Shown one piece after another: positions 60,989-64,000 of a stretch of 64,000 bases of DNA. Made by a program: the position numbers and the translations under genes. The notes beneath the pieces were generated by a model, which did not search any database, was not told where the DNA came from, and saw nothing but the letters and a program-made list of their open reading frames with translations. Origin of the DNA: an uncultured Gemmatimonadales bacterium (GTDB taxonomy: Bacteria > Gemmatimonadota > Gemmatimonadetes > Gemmatimonadales > GWC2-71-9). The stretch lies in the NCBI GenBank assembly GCA_963825055.1, contig CAWGSK010000004.1, positions 1 to 64,000 of the forward strand. The letters run 5' to 3'. Each line of letters opens with the position of its first letter. Positions within the stretch are counted from its first letter, which is position 1.

Positions 60989-62642
60989 TTGCCGGGTTAG
61001 ATTGCGCGGCTTCCCGATACCGGAGTGTTCCCTGCGGCCGATTGTCCTGCTCACTCTCCTCCTCCTGCTGTGCCCCCCGCTGCTGGCCGGACAGGAACCG
61101 GCCAACAGCGCCGGTGCGCCGGTCGTGCGGGCGATCGAAATCCGCCGCTACGACATCTTCGATCCCGACGAGTCCTCGGGGTTCATTGCCCGGATGGCCA
61201 ATGGCCTGCACATCACCACCCGGTCGTTCGTGGTGGATCGGGAGCTGCTTTTCCACGCCGGCCAGCCGTGGGACAGCGCGCTCGTGGCGGAGACCGAGCG
61301 GAACCTCCGCTCGCTGGGACTGTTCCGACGGGTGGAGATCGATTCCATCCGCACCGACTCCGGACTCATTGCCCGGGTCACCACGCACGATGGCTGGAGC
61401 ACGAAGGCGGATGTGCGGTTCCGGAGCACCGGCGGTGAGGTCGACTACGGAATCGGGCTTACGGAAGACAACGTCGGCGGCACGGCCACGCAGGCCTCAG
61501 TGCGTTTCCGGAAGAACCCCGACCGGACCCGGCTCGTCTTCGGCTTCCTGCAGCCCCGGTTCATCCTGCGGGCCCTGCGTCTCGGCCTGGAGTACGAGGA
61601 CCGCTCGGACGGCCGGCTCTTCGCAGCACAGGTCGGGAAGCCGTTCTACTCGCTCTCGCAGAAGGAGAGTCTGCTGCTCTATGTGGACACCCGCGATGAG
61701 CGCATCCTGCGCTTCTTCAACGGCGAGGACGACCCGAGCGACTCACTCCGCCGCAACTACACCCTGGTGCGCGTGGATGGCACGATTGCCCCTCGCGCAG
61801 ATGAATCGGGATACACTCGCCTGGGGTTCGCGGGCCAGGTCCGGCGGGATGACTACCGGCCGGAGGGGCTGACCGGCGTCGCGCAGGCGCGCACCGTGAC
61901 GGGAGCGGCCGGTCCGGTGATCGAGTGGCGACAGGCCCGGTTCGTCGTCACCGAGGGGTTTCTCGGGTTCGCGCGGGAGGAGGACGTGGACGTCAGTAAC
62001 CGGGTGCGGCTCGGGCTCCTCGCGGCCCCGGCGGCGTTCGGCTATGATCGTGACGGTCTCGCTCCCGACCTCACGGTCCGGCTGGGAGCGACACTCGGTC
62101 CGGGGTTTCTCTTCGTGGACGGCCACGCCAACGGCATGTTCACGAGTGCGGGACTCGACTCCGGCCTGGTGCAGGTCGGCGCGACGGTTGCTGCGCGGCC
62201 GGGCCGGCGCCACGTCGCGATCGTGCATGCGGAAGCGGGCTGGCAGCAGCGGCCGCTGCCCGGCGAGGAATTCGACCTGGGACTCGGGGTCGGCCCCCGG
62301 GCATTCCGCTCGCATGCATTCACCGGCGACCGGGCCTTCTTTCTCACGGGAGAATACCGGTACACGGTGGCGGAGGACCTGTTCGACGTGGTGGGTGTCG
62401 GCCTGGCGGGCTTCGTTGATCATGGGGGGGCGTGGTACGCCGGCTCGCCCCGGCGGAGTGGCTGGGACGCCGGCGTGGGACTGCGGCTCGGCGCCAGCCG
62501 TGCCGCGAGCGTCGAGGCGATCCGGGTGGACCTGGCGAGGAGGTTCGGCAATGACGCCGAGGGCTCCGGCTGGGTGCTCGTCATCGGGAAGGGCTTCACG
62601 TTCTCCACCCGTGGCGGGGGTGTCCGCTCGGTGGCCCGCTAG
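60969..62642 (+). CDS. BamA/TamA (Omp85)-like POTRA plus beta-barrel protein
   Basis: RELLF..G...ETERNLRSLGLF POTRA; EYRY, FVDHG, GVGLRLG; real start may be CTG 61032. Confidence 0.75.
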   Translation: MIHSLPDCRVRLRGFPIPECSLRPIVLLTLLLLLCPPLLAGQEPANSAGAPVVRAIEIRRYDIFDPDESSGFIARMANGLHITTRSFVVDRELLFHAGQPWDSALVAETERNLRSLGLFRRVEIDSIRTDSGLIARVTTHDGWSTKADVRFRSTGGEVDYGIGLTEDNVGGTATQASVRFRKNPDRTRLVFGFLQPRFILRALRLGLEYEDRSDGRLFAAQVGKPFYSLSQKESLLLYVDTRDERILRFFNGEDDPSDSLRRNYTLVRVDGTIAPRADESGYTRLGFAGQVRRDDYRPEGLTGVAQARTVTGAAGPVIEWRQARFVVTEGFLGFAREEDVDVSNRVRLGLLAAPAAFGYDRDGLAPDLTVRLGATLGPGFLFVDGHANGMFTSAGLDSGLVQVGATVAARPGRRHVAIVHAEAGWQQRPLPGEEFDLGLGVGPRAFRSHAFTGDRAFFLTGEYRYTVAEDLFDVVGVGLAGFVDHGGAWYAGSPRRSGWDAGVGLRLGASRAASVEAIRVDLARRFGNDAEGSGWVLVIGKGFTFSTRGGGVRSVAR

Positions 62643-62656
62643 GGTAAGTTTTCGGG

Positions 62657-63022
62657 ATGGATACGACGGGAGTCTGGGCCCGGTGCCGCCAGGACACAGC
62701 GGACATCCTGCGGCGGGGAGCGTGGTACCCGGTGCTGGAACGGGCCAGCGATGGTGGTGTCATCATAGCCATGGGCGGGCGGCATTTCTTCCTGACCGAG
62801 GCTCAGGTCCACCTTCGTACGAGTCCGCCTGACCACTGGTGCGTGGTGCGCCGGAGGGACGTGTTCCGCGAGCGCAACCCCGAGGGTGGCGCCGTGCCCG
62901 GACGCTATGCCGTCTGCCCCGCCTGCCGCCATCGCCAGGACATGGACGAGGACCGCCCCGACGCACTGACATGTGAACGGTGCAGCGTGACTTCTCCCGT
63001 TGATCACGAATCCCATGGATGA
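62657..63022 (+). CDS. hypothetical zinc-finger protein
   Basis: LRRGAWYPV; CPAC...CERC. Confidence 0.6.
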   Translation: MDTTGVWARCRQDTADILRRGAWYPVLERASDGGVIIAMGGRHFFLTEAQVHLRTSPPDHWCVVRRRDVFRERNPEGGAVPGRYAVCPACRHRQDMDEDRPDALTCERCSVTSPVDHESHG

Positions 63023-63503
63023 TGACTCCAGCCTCCGGCTGATCCAGCGGGGTGACGACCGGGAGATGGCGCGGATCATCCGCGACGTCATGACCGAGTT
63101 CGGAGCGGTTGGCCCGGGCTATTCCATCAATGACGCGGAAGTGGATTCGATGTACGAGGCCTACCAGGGGCCGCGCGCGGCGTACTTTGTGGTCGAGGAC
63201 GACGGGCGCCTCGTTGGCGGAGGTGGCGTCGCTCCGCTCGACGGCGGCGATCCCGACGTGTGCGAGCTGCGGAAGATGTATTTCGTGCCGGGGCTGCGGG
63301 GACGCGGGATCGGGCGGCGGCTGCTGGCGCTCTGCCTCGACGCGGCGCGCGAGCGCGGGTTCCGGCAGTGTTATCTCGAGACGCTGGCCGGCATGTCCTC
63401 CGCGCAGCGTTTGTACGAGGCGGCCGGGTTCCGGCGGATCCCGGAGTCGATGGGCAGCACCGGCCACACGTCGTGCAATACGTTCTATGTGATGGATCTG
63501 TAG
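63015..63503 (+). CDS. GNAT family N-acetyltransferase
   Basis: CELRKMYF, RGRGIGRRL, CYLET, LYEAAGF. Confidence 0.9.
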   Translation: MDDDSSLRLIQRGDDREMARIIRDVMTEFGAVGPGYSINDAEVDSMYEAYQGPRAAYFVVEDDGRLVGGGGVAPLDGGDPDVCELRKMYFVPGLRGRGIGRRLLALCLDAARERGFRQCYLETLAGMSSAQRLYEAAGFRRIPESMGSTGHTSCNTFYVMDL

Positions 63504-63540
63504 CGTAGGTCGAAGGTCGAAGGGCAAAAAGAGCCGGGTT

Positions 63541-64000
63541 TCAGTTCGGGAAATGCACGGGCCTCAGCAATTCCTCCAGTTTCGGGTTGTCGGGCAGCAT
63601 CCGGAAGACCGTCCAGCACCGTACGGTGGCCAGGTCCTTCTCCTCCCGGAGGGCGGTGATGGTCGCTGAGACGGCACGGGCGGTGTCGCCCAGGGCGGCG
63701 TAGACGGCGGGCTCCCCCACGAGGCCGGATGACCACCCCTTCTCCTCCATCCACGCCACCAGCGACCGTGCCTCGCCGGACCGACCCCCCATCGCCAGCG
63801 CGAATGCCAGCGCCGGTCCGGCATAGAGGGTGTCGGTGCGCGCCAGGAGTTGTTGTCCCGCCGCGATGGCCTCGGCGTGCCTGCCCGCAAAGGAATTCTC
63901 CCGCACCAGAAACGCCAGGAGCCAAGTCGAATCTCCCACTACACCGGACCTGCCGGATGCGGCCACGCGGGCGGTGAGTTTACGGGCCTCGGCGACTGCC
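63541..64000 (-). CDS. C-terminal part of a TPR-like protein (start outside window)
   Basis: Open frame ending at 63541; AVYAALGD...DNPKLEELLRPVHFP resembles TolB-N/TPR protein tails. Confidence 0.55.
   Translation of the reverse strand, partial: AVAEARKLTARVAASGRSGVVGDSTWLLAFLVRENSFAGRHAEAIAAGQQLLARTDTLYAGPALAFALAMGGRSGEARSLVAWMEEKGWSSGLVGEPAVYAALGDTARAVSATITALREEKDLATVRCWTVFRMLPDNPKLEELLRPVHFPN

Overview
GC-rich bacterial chromosomal window. Gene content and intergenic repeat style suggest Gemmatimonadota, which is inference only. It holds about 60 mostly housekeeping or envelope genes: an ATP-grasp ligase/metallopeptidase pair, a CarH/LitR-type B12 photoreceptor with a visible operator, TPP riboswitch-thiC, hsp20, dodecin, an RND efflux operon, peptidases, lepB, an MFS pump, a histone H1-like protein, an MCP with a solute-binding protein, cspA, ogt, lemA-htpX, an HD-GYP/receiver/giant HEAT-repeat/processive GT2 cluster, mqnD and an Omp85-like barrel. 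Intergenic DNA is rich in 7-, 8- and 9-mer tandem repeats and REP/REPIN-like hairpins, and there is one truncated IS3 remnant. The two strongest unexplained signals are non-coding. The first is a ~420-nt, densely base-paired putative RNA gene at ~45500-45923 with its own promoter, terminator and upstream DnaA-box-like cluster. The second is a ~560-bp region at 38085-38641 made of four blocks of helically phased A/T tracts spaced ~160 bp apart; it contains a dif/Xer-like site and lies directly upstream of the histone H1-like gene. No tRNA, rRNA or CRISPR array was seen.
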